A DNA stretch of 64,000 nucleotides from Alphaproteobacteria bacterium (GCA_017479985.1 JAFVBL010000021.1:1390-65389); one strand, 5' to 3'; numbered from the stretch's first letter, positions 22,195 through 31,839 are shown. Numbers and translations: made by a program. The notes: a model not told the origin generated them from the sequence alone.

Positions 22195-22285
22195 GTATAC
22201 ACAAAGAATATGACCGTCACTCTGAAACGAAGGCGAGGAATCCCCTCTCACGCTGTGCGTCCTCGGACGTTATAAAATAGCAATA
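22195..22285. repeat. Partial copy of the dispersed MITE-like repeat family
   Basis: accgtcactctgaaacgaaggcgaggaatcccctctcacgctgtgcg is related to 25885-25950 and 7040-7130. Confidence 0.45.
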
Positions 22286-22397
22286 TAAATACTTTGCGAC
22301 AATTGCACCGCACCGACTGATATTTTTCGGTTCCGCCTCAAAATGACATATTTTGTTTTGTAAAGTACGTTTTCAACAATTTTATTAAATAGAGTGT

Positions 22398-23429
22398 TTA
22401 TTTTAAATTACGTCTGCCATACAATTTCAGTCCAACAGTCAAATATTTCCACTTTTGCCGCCAGAATAAAAATGCCAACAACCGCCGATATACACTCATA
22501 CCGTCGGAAATAAAAATCTTTCGTTGATACAAATCCAAGCACTCCTGATAATATTTCCGCCAATCTCGCACATAATCTTCGCTCTCATAATACGGAGCTA
22601 TGCAGATATAATCAAAGACATGCTGTGAAATCCGCCGATACAATTTTCTTTGCAACGCACTATCTATATTATCAATCCGTTCCGCAGAATACCTCAGTAG
22701 CCGAATATTATCATAAACCATTGTTTCCGTAAGTTTTCGATGAGTTAAGCTCGCTGAATTCTGCCGATATGCTAATAAACGCAATTTCACCCTTGCCACT
22801 TTATGTGCTTGATTAAACAGGCACAGTGAATAAAAAAAATCTTCTACTATAACTCTGAAATCAGTATTGAATCGTAGATTTTCCAACAGTTCTGCTCGAT
22901 ATAGCTTACCCCATACAGCAATATGTATCCGCGGTTTTTGTCGCAAAACAAAGCGTTCAAGAGGTTTTTCATACTCAGATACCCCATATTGTTCATATTC
23001 TTCTAACACATCCAACGTGCTGTTTTCATTACAATTTCCACCTTTGCACCATACAAAATCAGCCTGACTGCGTAACAAAGTTGCCAACATTATTTCCAAA
23101 AACTGCGGATACATCATATCATCTGGATCTAAAAATGCGATATATTGCCCGGTAGCGGCATCCAAACCGACATTGCGCGCCGAAGACACTCCGCCATTTG
23201 GCTTATCTATAACCTTAAATCTCGAGTCGTTTGCTGCATATCGCTGTAAAATTTCGAGTGAATTATCGGTCGAACCATCATTAACCAAAATAGCTTCCCA
23301 ATACGGGTATGTTTGATTTAATAAACTCTGCAAGCTCATATCTAAAAATTTGGCAACGTTATATACCGGAATAATTACCGAAACCATACCGACATTTTCC
23401 GGATTTGCCCCGACTTTATATTTTCTCAT
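22398..23429 (-). CDS. Family 2 glycosyltransferase
   Basis: VSVIIPVYN, NDGSTDNS and a DPDD (DxD) motif. ATG (MRKYKV) with GAAGGA SD is chosen over the TTG at 23444. Confidence 0.8.
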   Translation of the reverse strand: MRKYKVGANPENVGMVSVIIPVYNVAKFLDMSLQSLLNQTYPYWEAILVNDGSTDNSLEILQRYAANDSRFKVIDKPNGGVSSARNVGLDAATGQYIAFLDPDDMMYPQFLEIMLATLLRSQADFVWCKGGNCNENSTLDVLEEYEQYGVSEYEKPLERFVLRQKPRIHIAVWGKLYRAELLENLRFNTDFRVIVEDFFYSLCLFNQAHKVARVKLRLLAYRQNSASLTHRKLTETMVYDNIRLLRYSAERIDNIDSALQRKLYRRISQHVFDYICIAPYYESEDYVRDWRKYYQECLDLYQRKIFISDGMSVYRRLLAFLFWRQKWKYLTVGLKLYGRRNLK

Positions 23430-23451
23430 TCCCGTTTCCTTCAATACAAAA

Positions 23452-23657
23452 AATCCCGCTTTTGGAGAAGCGGGCGGATGTTCAGAAACCGTAATAAGCT
23501 AGATATAAGAACGGCTCGGCTTATTTGGCCGAAAAGCCTTATTCAGCCGACATCCGCCCTTATAGGACAGAAGCCGGCATATAGGATTAAAGTCGCCTAT
23601 GCTGCGACTATCTAGCATTATTAAAGGGTTTCTGACGCCCTGCAGTAGAATCTCACA
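23452..23657. repeat. Left arm of an about 200-bp imperfect inverted repeat; partner at 26190-26390
   Basis: By-eye alignment of this segment against the reverse complement of 26190-26390 shows about 80% identity. Shared blocks: agcgggcggatgttcagaaaccgt, ggctcggcttat, ccttattcagccgacatccgccc, ggacagaagccggcatat, and gggtttctgacgccc. Confidence 0.6.
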
Positions 23658-23860
23658 TACTGCGCTCTAAAGCTAATCTAAAAAATATTTAATGTAAAGA
23701 AAAATTTTTTCATACTCTAACCTTATGAATCTTAGTATTATTTTGCACTCATACACATAAATATTAAATACAATATATTGTTTATTTACTTTTTATTAAT
23801 ACTATATATAGTATATTAAGATTTAGCAAAACAACAAAAAACTTTTGAAGGAGAATAAAA

Positions 23861-24073
23861 ATGACTGTTATCAATTTTAATGATATTGCTTTAACCGACG
23901 CAGAGCGTCAACCGTGCGAAGTGTGGACCCGCGTGATGGGCTATCATCGTCCGGTTTCTGAATTTAATAAAGGCAAAAAGTCTGAGTATTATTCCCGTAA
24001 ATGTTTTGTTGAAGAAAAGGCTGTGCAGCACTTGGATTCTGATACGGAATCTTGCGCTTGTGCCGCAGAATAA
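23861..24073 (+). CDS. Small protein resembling the C-terminal glycyl-radical region of class III anaerobic ribonucleotide reductase (NrdD); stand-alone or gene remnant
   Basis: 70 aa, MTVINFNDIALTDAERQPCEVWTRVMGYHRPVSEFNKGKKSEYYSRKCF... The RVxGY followed by (W/F)NxGKxxE...R pattern matches, from memory, the NrdD glycyl-radical C-terminus. Strong AAGGAG SD and an AT-rich upstream region. Confidence 0.5.
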   Translation: MTVINFNDIALTDAERQPCEVWTRVMGYHRPVSEFNKGKKSEYYSRKCFVEEKAVQHLDSDTESCACAAE

Positions 24074-24100
24074 TTATTTTGAATATTTCATAGAACTCCA

Positions 24101-24133
24101 AAAACTTCCGATTCGCTTATCGGAAGTTTTTTT
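24101..24133 (+). terminator. Rho-independent terminator after the NrdD-like mini-ORF
   Basis: Stem cttccgat / atcggaag, loop tcgctt, then T8. Confidence 0.55.
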
Positions 24134-24155
24134 TATATCTGCCACATTTCCCCTC

Positions 24156-24184
24156 TTGACAATCATTGTATCAATGCATATACT
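24156..24184 (+). promoter_or_regulatory. Near-consensus sigma70-type promoter (TTGACA, 17 nt, TATACT)
   Basis: TTGACA at 24156-24161, a 17-nt spacer, and TATACT at 24179-24184. Confidence 0.55.
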
Positions 24185-24216
24185 GAAAGTTACGAAAATT
24201 TATTATTTTACATACT

Positions 24217-24471
24217 ATGATTCAGAAAAAAAGTGGATTAGGCTTAGCGCTGAAGTTAATTACGGTCAGCTTAGAAAGCGAATCAGAAAATAACAAGACG
24301 ATTCGCACGGGTGTTATTAAACTGCTTGAAAAGAAAATGCACGAGGTAACGTGTATTGAAGCAGAAGAAGTACCGACACTCCGCAAGCAACTGAATCAAA
24401 TTTCCGCGCATGAGCCTGAGGTCGCAGAAAAAGTGGAGCAACTGATTAAAAAGTTCCACCCTAATCTGTAA
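24217..24471 (+). CDS. Small acidic hypothetical protein (84 aa) forming its own promoter-to-terminator unit; could alternatively be a small RNA
   Basis: ORF MIQKKSGLGLALKLITVSLESESENN...KKFHPNL bounded by the promoter at 24156-24184 and the terminator at 24479-24520. No clear SD at the first ATG. Confidence 0.4.
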   Translation: MIQKKSGLGLALKLITVSLESESENNKTIRTGVIKLLEKKMHEVTCIEAEEVPTLRKQLNQISAHEPEVAEKVEQLIKKFHPNL

Positions 24472-24478
24472 AACGTTC

Positions 24479-24520
24479 GGAGCCTGTTATCCTAATAAGG
24501 ATATTCAGGCTCTTTTTTTT
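24479..24520 (+). terminator. Strong rho-independent terminator
   Basis: Extended hairpin ggagcctg-ttatcctaataaggatatt-caggctc followed by T8. Confidence 0.7.
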
Positions 24521-24527
24521 ATCTTGC

Positions 24528-24555
24528 TTGACATTTTCACCCTTTTCGTTAAACT
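24528..24555 (+). promoter_or_regulatory. Candidate promoter for scoAB (TTGACA, 16-17 nt, TAAACT)
   Basis: TTGACA at 24528-24533; a weak -10; AGGAG SD before the scoA ATG. Confidence 0.35.
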
Positions 24556-24580
24556 GAACAACAGATTTTAAGGAGATTCT

Positions 24581-25243
24581 ATGGTCAAGATGATTACGCC
24601 CGCCGAAGCGGTGCAATTTTTCAAAAGCAATCAAACGATTATGGTCGGCGGTTTTTTAAACTGCGGCGTGCCGAATTTGGTGATTAACGAACTTATCAAA
24701 ACGCCGCTGACCGGTTTTACACTTATTTCAAATGATACAGGTGAAGCCGGCATCAATCGCGGACAATTGATTCACGCCGGCAAAATAAAAAAAGCAATCG
24801 TATCACATATCGGCACAAATCCGGAAACCGTGCAACTCTACAACGAGGACAAAATCGAGATTGATTTGCAGCCGCAGGGCTCGCTTGCCGAGCGTATTCG
24901 GGCTGACGGCGCCGGTTTAGGCGGTATTTTAACGCCGGTCGGAATCGGCACCGATATTGAAAAAGGCAAACAAAAAATTTCCGTCTGCAATAAAGAATAT
25001 TTAATTGAAACTCCTCTCCACGCAGACATTGCCGTTGTTTATGCCACTTATGCCGACCGATTCGGCAATTTGGCATTTCACGGTTCAACTCGCAACTTTA
25101 ACGTTTTAATGCCGATGGCGGCGGATATCGTCATTGTCGAAGCAGAGCATATTCTTGATGAGCCGTTGTCGCCGGACGAGGTTGTGGTGCCGGGAATCTT
25201 TACGGATTATCTGATTGACGGAGGCGCGTATGGAATTGACTAA
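24581..25243 (+). CDS. scoA: 3-oxoacid CoA-transferase subunit A
   Basis: MVGGFLNCGVPNLVINEL..., a typical AtoD/ScoA N-terminus, with a subunit B gene immediately downstream. Confidence 0.85.
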   Translation: MVKMITPAEAVQFFKSNQTIMVGGFLNCGVPNLVINELIKTPLTGFTLISNDTGEAGINRGQLIHAGKIKKAIVSHIGTNPETVQLYNEDKIEIDLQPQGSLAERIRADGAGLGGILTPVGIGTDIEKGKQKISVCNKEYLIETPLHADIAVVYATYADRFGNLAFHGSTRNFNVLMPMAADIVIVEAEHILDEPLSPDEVVVPGIFTDYLIDGGAYGID

Positions 25244-25877
25244 AGAACAAACGCAGGAAATTATTGCACGCCGCGTGGCACAAGAATTCAGCAACGGTGA
25301 TGTCGTTACACTCGGTATCGGTTTGCCGACCAAAGCCGTGCGCTATCTGCCGGACGGCGTCAACATTATCGTGCAGTCCGAAAACGGCGTTTTAGGTGTC
25401 GGTGCCTATCAAAACGACACCAACCGCGATTGCCATATCACCAATGCCGGAGGTGTCGGTGTCACGATAAATCCGGGCGGATGCTGTGTCGACAGCTTGA
25501 TGTCGTTTGCGATGATGCGCGGCGGCCATATTGATGTCACGGTTTTAGGAGCCTTGCAGGTAGATGCCGAAGGTAACCTCGCCAACTGGTGTATTCCGGG
25601 CAAGTTCACACCCGGAATGGGCGGCGCGATGGACTTGGTTGTCGGCACCAAACGGCTGATTATCGCGATGGAACATACGGCCAAAGGCGCACCGAAAATC
25701 CTCAAAAAATGCACTCTGCCGCTGACGGTGGCACATAAGGTCAATATGATTATTACCGAAAAAGCGGTGTTTGACATATCACCGCACGGCTTGGTCTTGC
25801 GCGAAATTATGCCGAATTCTTCGCTCGACGACATCAGCACAACAACGGACGCCGATTTTGAGGTAGATTTGAGGTAA
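25230..25877 (+). CDS. scoB: 3-oxoacid CoA-transferase subunit B
   Basis: VTLGIGLPT and a conserved catalytic Glu region ...SENG.... ATG with GGAGG SD, overlapping the scoA stop by 14 nt. Confidence 0.85.
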   Translation: MELTKEQTQEIIARRVAQEFSNGDVVTLGIGLPTKAVRYLPDGVNIIVQSENGVLGVGAYQNDTNRDCHITNAGGVGVTINPGGCCVDSLMSFAMMRGGHIDVTVLGALQVDAEGNLANWCIPGKFTPGMGGAMDLVVGTKRLIIAMEHTAKGAPKILKKCTLPLTVAHKVNMIITEKAVFDISPHGLVLREIMPNSSLDDISTTTDADFEVDLR

Positions 25878-25879
25878 AC

Positions 25880-26035
25880 CCTGAAGAGCAAGCCGGTCAT
25901 TCTGAGCAGACACGTCAGTGTCGTCGCGAAGAATCTCCTTTCTCGCTGTGCAATATATTAAAGTCATACCTCGCACCGCACGGCGTGTCGGTGTGTCAAC
26001 GTATCTGACCTTTGCGTAGCTCCGATTCTATGCTG
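25880..26035. repeat. Short (internally deleted) copy of the dispersed repeat family
   Basis: ccggtcattctgagcag...gaagaatctcctttctcgctgtgcaatatattaaagtcatacctcgcaccgcacggcgtgtc...ggtatctgacctttgcgtagc matches both ends of the 7040-7375 copy. Confidence 0.5.
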
Positions 26036-26189
26036 ATTTCACAAGAATTTGAAGATTGCTTGACGCATTTGGCTAACGCAAAAGCAAGCGATGACTTTAT
26101 TATTTTTTAGCACTGTTACATCAACACGGTGTTGACATTTATTACAAATCCATTTATCGTTAGTGTCAGGTATGGGAGACCATACTTGA

Positions 26190-26390
26190 GGGCGTCAGAA
26201 CCCTGTTCATAAGATTGATTAGTCGCTGGAGCATAAGCGACTTAAAAATATATGCCGGCTTCTGTCCTTTTTTAAAGGGCGGATGTCGGCTGAATAAGGC
26301 TATGCCGAATAAGCCGAGCCGCTTTTTGAATCAATCTTATGACGGTTTCTGAACATCCGCCCGCTTTCTGACGAAAGTGGGTTTTTGTTT
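26190..26390. repeat. Right arm of the inverted repeat; partner at 23452-23657
   Basis: Reverse complement aligns to the left arm at about 80% identity (see the 23452-23657 feature). Confidence 0.6.
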
Positions 26391-26435
26391 TCAACGCAAA
26401 ACTTGCATCTCATATTTAGAACTAAAGGACCACTT

Positions 26436-27911
26436 ATGAAACTGACAAAAATTTCCCCTTTCAACTTACATTTAAAGAACTTATATGCCTTACCTTTTGT
26501 GTTTATATGTATTTTTTTGATATGCGCACGAAAATACGTTTGGAATTATTTTAACACTATGACCGGAGCTGAATTTCTATTTTTCATTCATACTCCAATA
26601 GATGGTGCAGACAAACGTTTAGTTCATATCTTTTTTAATAAATGTGTTCTCAATCCACTGATATACGCTGTCTTGATTTGTTACGCACGGGAAGTCTTTT
26701 TCTTATTAACACAAATATGGAATAAAAAATCTCAGATTTTCAAATTTATTTTTCAAGTGATACAATATATGCGCAGATATTATACTTTTTGGATTATTAT
26801 AATATCTTTACTCGGCTCAGGGTATCTCTTAACAAAATTCAAATTTATCAAAGATATTATAGAGATGCAAAAAGCACCTTACAGTACTTTTTTTGAAGAA
26901 AATTTTGTTCGCCCGAGTGTTCAAAATATATCATTATCTCAGAAAAAAAATTTAATCATTATTGCAGTTGAAAGTCTGGAAAAGACATTTGAAAATAAGA
27001 ATTTTTTTGGCCAATCAATGTTACCGCATCTGGAAAAGCTGGAAACGGAAGGTGTTCAGTTCAATAACTACACAAACGGGTGGAATACAACAAATACTAT
27101 GTCTTTCGTAATGGCTTTATTTGCCGGCGTGCCAAAGAGTTGTAATTATGCGCATCTCATCAACCACCACGGTAATAAAGTTAACCTGTTGAATAACTAT
27201 TATTCTCTCGGTAATTTTTTAAATGAACAAGGATATCAAACCTATGCAATTCAAACTTCAGATGCAAAATATGCCGGTCAGGGACATTTTTTTGAAACCC
27301 ACGGCATACAAAACATCATAGATAAATATTATATAAAAAATCAGTTCAATATCAAAGCTAAAGAAGATGAATGGGGATATAACGATGATATTTTGTTTGA
27401 TACCGCAAAAAAAGTATTGATGCAACGCGAAAATTCCGCACCTTATTTTATGTTTATTCAAACAATTGATTCACACGTCAATTATTTGCCGAATGTCAAA
27501 GACCACAAAAAATTCAAAAACAAATATCACAACATCATATACAACACAAATTTGCAAATTTATAACTTTGTTTTATGGCTGAAAACTCAACCGGATTATA
27601 AAAATACCGTTATTGTGATTTTGGGAGATCATTTAAGAATGGGTAATAATTTCCCGATGCCGAAGAAGCGTCAAAACTATAACCTGTTTTTAAATGTTCC
27701 TGTTCCTCAAAACACAGACCGTACATTTTCTCAAGTTGATTTATTACCAACCGTCTTAGAGGCTTTGGGTGCAAAAGTTGAAAATCATCAACTCGGAATC
27801 GGAATTTCCGTATTTAGCGACAGAGAAACACTGTTGGAAAAATACGGAAACTCACTTGGCAGTCTTCTTGCCAAACGCAGTAAGCTGAACGAAGAATTAT
27901 GGAAATTATAG
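26436..27911 (+). CDS. Membrane-anchored sulfatase-family transferase (alkaline-phosphatase superfamily; LtaS/OpgB/EptA-like)
   Basis: N-terminal TM helices followed by a sulfatase-type domain (IIIAVESLE, GWNTTNTM, DSHVNYLP, VIVILGDH). Codon use is markedly AT-rich (K/N/I/Y/F-rich). ATG (MKLTKISPF) with AAAGGA SD chosen over the ORF-track TTG start at 26385. Confidence 0.7.
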   Translation: MKLTKISPFNLHLKNLYALPFVFICIFLICARKYVWNYFNTMTGAEFLFFIHTPIDGADKRLVHIFFNKCVLNPLIYAVLICYAREVFFLLTQIWNKKSQIFKFIFQVIQYMRRYYTFWIIIISLLGSGYLLTKFKFIKDIIEMQKAPYSTFFEENFVRPSVQNISLSQKKNLIIIAVESLEKTFENKNFFGQSMLPHLEKLETEGVQFNNYTNGWNTTNTMSFVMALFAGVPKSCNYAHLINHHGNKVNLLNNYYSLGNFLNEQGYQTYAIQTSDAKYAGQGHFFETHGIQNIIDKYYIKNQFNIKAKEDEWGYNDDILFDTAKKVLMQRENSAPYFMFIQTIDSHVNYLPNVKDHKKFKNKYHNIIYNTNLQIYNFVLWLKTQPDYKNTVIVILGDHLRMGNNFPMPKKRQNYNLFLNVPVPQNTDRTFSQVDLLPTVLEALGAKVENHQLGIGISVFSDRETLLEKYGNSLGSLLAKRSKLNEELWKL

Positions 27912-27921
27912 AAGATACCCT

Positions 27922-28398
27922 CTACCCCAACGCTGTGCGATAGTGACTGCGCGTAATCGCCATCGCCAGTGCATCAGAAGAGTCGTTGTTTTTCGGCGCA
28001 CAGCCCGGAAGCAGAATCTTGACCATTGTTTCGACCTGCGTTTTTTCGGCACGTCCGACTCCGACCAATGCCTTTTTTACTTTGGTCGGGTCAAATTCAT
28101 AAAGCGGCAGATGATTATGCCCCACCGCCAAAATCACCACCCCGCGCGCCATACTCAATTTAAGAGAAGTTTCCGGATTTTTGTTCAAAAAAGTTTTTTC
28201 GATTGCCGCCTCTTGCGGTTGATAGTTTGCTATAACCTCGTTCAGCGTCGCAAAAATCAGCTCGAGCCTATCCTCTATCGGCATTTTCGGGTCGGTTGGA
28301 ATAAAACCGTCCGCAACGTATTGCAGACGGTTTCCGTTCACTTCTATCACACCCCAGCCGGTCGAGGTCAAACTCGGATCCAAACCCAAGATGCGCAT
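27922..28398 (-). CDS. ruvC: Holliday junction resolvase RuvC
   Basis: MRILGLDPSLTSTGWGVIE... and a C-terminal DSSDALAMAI. Confidence 0.9.
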   Translation of the reverse strand: MRILGLDPSLTSTGWGVIEVNGNRLQYVADGFIPTDPKMPIEDRLELIFATLNEVIANYQPQEAAIEKTFLNKNPETSLKLSMARGVVILAVGHNHLPLYEFDPTKVKKALVGVGRAEKTQVETMVKILLPGCAPKNNDSSDALAMAITRSHYRTALG

Positions 28399-28401
28399 AT
28401 T

Positions 28402-29160
28402 CTATTCTTCTCCGGCAAGCTCAGCCATCACATCGCCGGCAATTTCAGCATTATGATAAACGTGTTGTACGTCTTCATCATCTTCAAGCGCATCAATAAA
28501 GTCCAAAAACTTGCGCGCGGTTTCAGCGTCGGTAATATCCACCTTAACCATCGGTTTCCAATCCAATCGTGATGCCGACGGCGTGCCGTATTTTGCTTCC
28601 AAAGCAGAAGTTACGGCTGACAAATCGTCCGGCAAAGTTTCAATTTCGTGATTCTCATCATCGGTAACAACCTCGTTGGCACCGGCTTCCAAAGCAGCTT
28701 CAAACATTTCATCTCCGCTCGCCACGCTTACCGGATATTGAATATAGCCGATGCGTTCAAAGTTGAACAGCACTGAACCGCTCTCACCCATTTGACCGCC
28801 GCGCTTACCGAAAATCGTGCGCACATTACCGGCCGTGCGATTTTTGTTATCAGTTAAGGCTTCAACAATAACCGAAACCTTATTCGGCGAAAAACCCTCG
28901 TAGCGCATTGAAACGAAATCGGCGCCGCCGGCAACGGTTGTTGCCTTGGCTATTGCGCGTTCAATGTTATCTTTCGGCATACTTTCGGCACGTGCCGCCT
29001 GAATTGCCAAACGCAAGCGCGGATTCTTATCCGGCTCCGGCAAACCGCTCTTGGCCGCCACGGTAATTTCGCGCGCTAATTTGGCAAACACGCGTGCTTT
29101 TTTGGCGTCCTGCGCGCCTTTACGATACATAATATTCTTAAATTGCGAATGTCCTGACAT
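28402..29160 (-). CDS. yebC: YebC/PmpR family DNA-binding transcriptional regulator
   Basis: MSGHSQFKNIMYRKGAQDAKKA... diagnostic N-terminus; classic yebC-ruvC linkage. Confidence 0.9.
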   Translation of the reverse strand: MSGHSQFKNIMYRKGAQDAKKARVFAKLAREITVAAKSGLPEPDKNPRLRLAIQAARAESMPKDNIERAIAKATTVAGGADFVSMRYEGFSPNKVSVIVEALTDNKNRTAGNVRTIFGKRGGQMGESGSVLFNFERIGYIQYPVSVASGDEMFEAALEAGANEVVTDDENHEIETLPDDLSAVTSALEAKYGTPSASRLDWKPMVKVDITDAETARKFLDFIDALEDDEDVQHVYHNAEIAGDVMAELAGEE

Positions 29161-29310
29161 TTTTATCTCCTGAATTTAATCGTCATTTATGCGCTTTTAT
29201 AACTTATTTATCATTATTTTTTCAAGTTTTTTTTGCAAAAAAATCACATTTTTATAAAGCAAAACGACTCGCATCATAAAATACGAGCCGTTTTCACACT
29301 GCAAATACGC

Positions 29311-31839
29311 TTAATTCAAGTGTTCAATCCGCTTTTGCCCCTCGATGAAAATGCCGTGTTCGTTGGCGGAAACATACGCTGTGCCGCCATCTGTGATTAC
29401 CCCGTCAAGCAACATCATTGAGAGCGGATTTTCGAGTTCGCGTACAATCAGCCGCTTTAACGGACGCGCACCAAACTCCGGATTATAGCCGTTTTCAGCA
29501 AACCAATCCCGTGCCCGTTCATCAAGTTTAATCGTGATATGACGTTCACTCAAGCGCTCTTGCAACCGCCCGATTTGAATCGCCAAAATCTGCCGAATAT
29601 CATCTTTTTTCAAAGAATTAAAGATCACAATTTCATCTAATCTGTTTAAAAACTCAGGTTTAAAGAACGCACGCAACGTCGACATCACATCTTGCCGCGC
29701 ATCGGTAATCAAATTAGATGTCAAAATGATGAATGTGTTTTTGAAATCAACCGTGCGCCCCTTACCGTCGGTCAAATGTCCTTCATCAAGCACTTGCAGC
29801 AACAGATTAAATACGTCCGGATGTGCCTTTTCCACCTCGTCAAACAAAATCACCTGATACGGACGCCGCCGCACTGCCTCTGTCAACACGCCGCCTTCGT
29901 CATAGCCGACATACCCCGGAGGTGCACCGATAAGCCGTGCCACCGAGTGCTTTTCCATATATTCCGACATATCAATGCGAATATATGCCCCTTCTTCATC
30001 AAACAAAAACTCCGCCAATGCTTTGGCCAATTCGGTTTTTCCGACACCGGTCGGACCTAAAAACAAAAATGAACCAATCGGACGATTCGGGTCTTTTAAG
30101 CCCGCACGTGAACGCCGCACCGCATTTGCCACCGCCGACAGCGCCGTATCCTGTCCGACCACACGCAACGCCAAATTTTTTTCGAGATTCAACAATTTTT
30201 CACGTTCGCTGCCGACCAGTTTTTCCACCGGAATCCCCGTCCATTTGGAAACGACCGACGCCACCATATCCGGCGTTACGGTTTCAACATCGCTCTTGGT
30301 ATTGTTTTGCATTTGCAACGTTTTCAATCGTTTTTCCATTTCCGGAATTTCTTTATATTGCAACTCACCGGCTTTTTCAAACTCTCCGCTTCTGAGTGCC
30401 TGCTCCATACGGATTCGCGCCGCATCGATTTTTTCGCGCAATGTATTCGCTTCATTCATCGAGCTTTTTTGCATATTCCATTTTTCGGTTTGCTCAGCCG
30501 ATTTCTTTTCAAGTTCGGCAATTTCCTCCTCCAATTTTTGCAAACGCTCAATCGACGCAAAATCTTTTTCTTTACGCAAAGCTTCCCGCTCTATTTTAAG
30601 CTGAATCAGCTTACGGTCGACTTCATCAAGTTCTTCCGGTTTGGAATCCAGTGCCATTTTGAGCTTGCTCGCCGCCTCATCAATCAAATCAATCGCTTTA
30701 TCCGGCAAGAATCTGTCGGTAATATAGCGATTAGACATTGTCGCCGCTGCCACCAATGACGCATCGGAAATTCTGACTCCGTGATGCAATTCATATTTTT
30801 CCTTAATGCCGCGCAGAATTGAAATCGTATCTTCCACATCTGTTTCACCGACATACACCGGCTGAAAACGCCGCGCAAACGCCGCATCTTTTTCAATATA
30901 CTTTTGATATTCTTTCAAAGTTGTTGCACCGATACAATGCAATTCACCGCGTGCCAATGCCGGTTTAAGCAGATTTGAGGCATCCATTGACCCCTCTGAC
31001 GCACCGGCACCGACCACCGTATGCATTTCATCAATAAACAAAATAACCTGACCGTTCGCCGCCTGAATTTCTTGCAATACGCCTTTTAAGCGTTCTTCAA
31101 ACTCACCGCGAAATTTTGCGCCGGCAATCAATGCCCCCATATCAAGTGCCATCAATCGCTTATGCTTTAAAGCATCAGGAACATCACCGTTAATAATTCT
31201 CTGAGCCAATCCTTCAACAATTGCGGTTTTACCGACCCCTGGTTCACCAATCAGAATCGGATTGTTTTTGGTGCGCCGCGACAACACCTGAATAGTGCGC
31301 CGAATTTCCTCATCACGCCCGATAATCGGATCGATTTTGCCCTGTGCCGCCCGTTCGGTATAATCCACCGCAAACTTTTTCAGCGCCTGAAAATTATCTT
31401 CGGCTGTTGCGGAATCTGCCGTGCGTCCTTGCCGCATTCTGTTAATTGCTTCATTGAGCCGTTGCGGATTAACACCGTAATTTTTCTGCATCAATGCTGC
31501 TTGCAACAAACGTTCGACACTCACATATGCATCTTTTGATTTTTTTGCCATATCTTCCGCCGTACCGAGCAGACGCATAAAATCCTGCGATAAATTAAGT
31601 TGCAGATTTTCGCCGTCAACCACCGGTTGCTTTGCCAACTCTTCTTCAACACGCGCCCGCACCGCATTGATATCTGCGCCGGCTTGCGATAACAGATTTG
31701 CCGCCATACCCTCATCATCTTCAAGCATAACTTTAAGTAAATGCACCGGTGTCAAATACGGATTATTACGTTTTGCCGCCAAGGTTTCGGCCTCTTGCAA
31801 ATAACCCTGACTTCTGTCTGTATAATTCTTCAAATTCAT
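29311..31839 (-). CDS. clpB: ATP-dependent chaperone ClpB
   Basis: Two AAA+ modules ([30 protein letters not shown]) with a long middle coiled-coil. ATG ([11 protein letters not shown]) with AAGGAG 10 nt upstream chosen over 31899. Confidence 0.95.
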   Translation of the reverse strand: MNLKNYTDRSQGYLQEAETLAAKRNNPYLTPVHLLKVMLEDDEGMAANLLSQAGADINAVRARVEEELAKQPVVDGENLQLNLSQDFMRLLGTAEDMAKKSKDAYVSVERLLQAALMQKNYGVNPQRLNEAINRMRQGRTADSATAEDNFQALKKFAVDYTERAAQGKIDPIIGRDEEIRRTIQVLSRRTKNNPILIGEPGVGKTAIVEGLAQRIINGDVPDALKHKRLMALDMGALIAGAKFRGEFEERLKGVLQEIQAANGQVILFIDEMHTVVGAGASEGSMDASNLLKPALARGELHCIGATTLKEYQKYIEKDAAFARRFQPVYVGETDVEDTISILRGIKEKYELHHGVRISDASLVAAATMSNRYITDRFLPDKAIDLIDEAASKLKMALDSKPEELDEVDRKLIQLKIEREALRKEKDFASIERLQKLEEEIAELEKKSAEQTEKWNMQKSSMNEANTLREKIDAARIRMEQALRSGEFEKAGELQYKEIPEMEKRLKTLQMQNNTKSDVETVTPDMVASVVSKWTGIPVEKLVGSEREKLLNLEKNLALRVVGQDTALSAVANAVRRSRAGLKDPNRPIGSFLFLGPTGVGKTELAKALAEFLFDEEGAYIRIDMSEYMEKHSVARLIGAPPGYVGYDEGGVLTEAVRRRPYQVILFDEVEKAHPDVFNLLLQVLDEGHLTDGKGRTVDFKNTFIILTSNLITDARQDVMSTLRAFFKPEFLNRLDEIVIFNSLKKDDIRQILAIQIGRLQERLSERHITIKLDERARDWFAENGYNPEFGARPLKRLIVRELENPLSMMLLDGVITDGGTAYVSANEHGIFIEGQKRIEHLN

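Noticed and set aside
26122-26136. 15-bp perfect palindrome tcaacacggtgttga with an adjacent TTGACA, considered as an operator site
   Set aside because: A single short palindrome without a second copy or an adjacent regulator gene; insufficient evidence, though it lies just inside the right inverted-repeat arm.
29692-30759. Several plus-strand ORFs of 120-210 aa inside clpB
   Set aside because: Antisense to a highly conserved gene; low-complexity translations.
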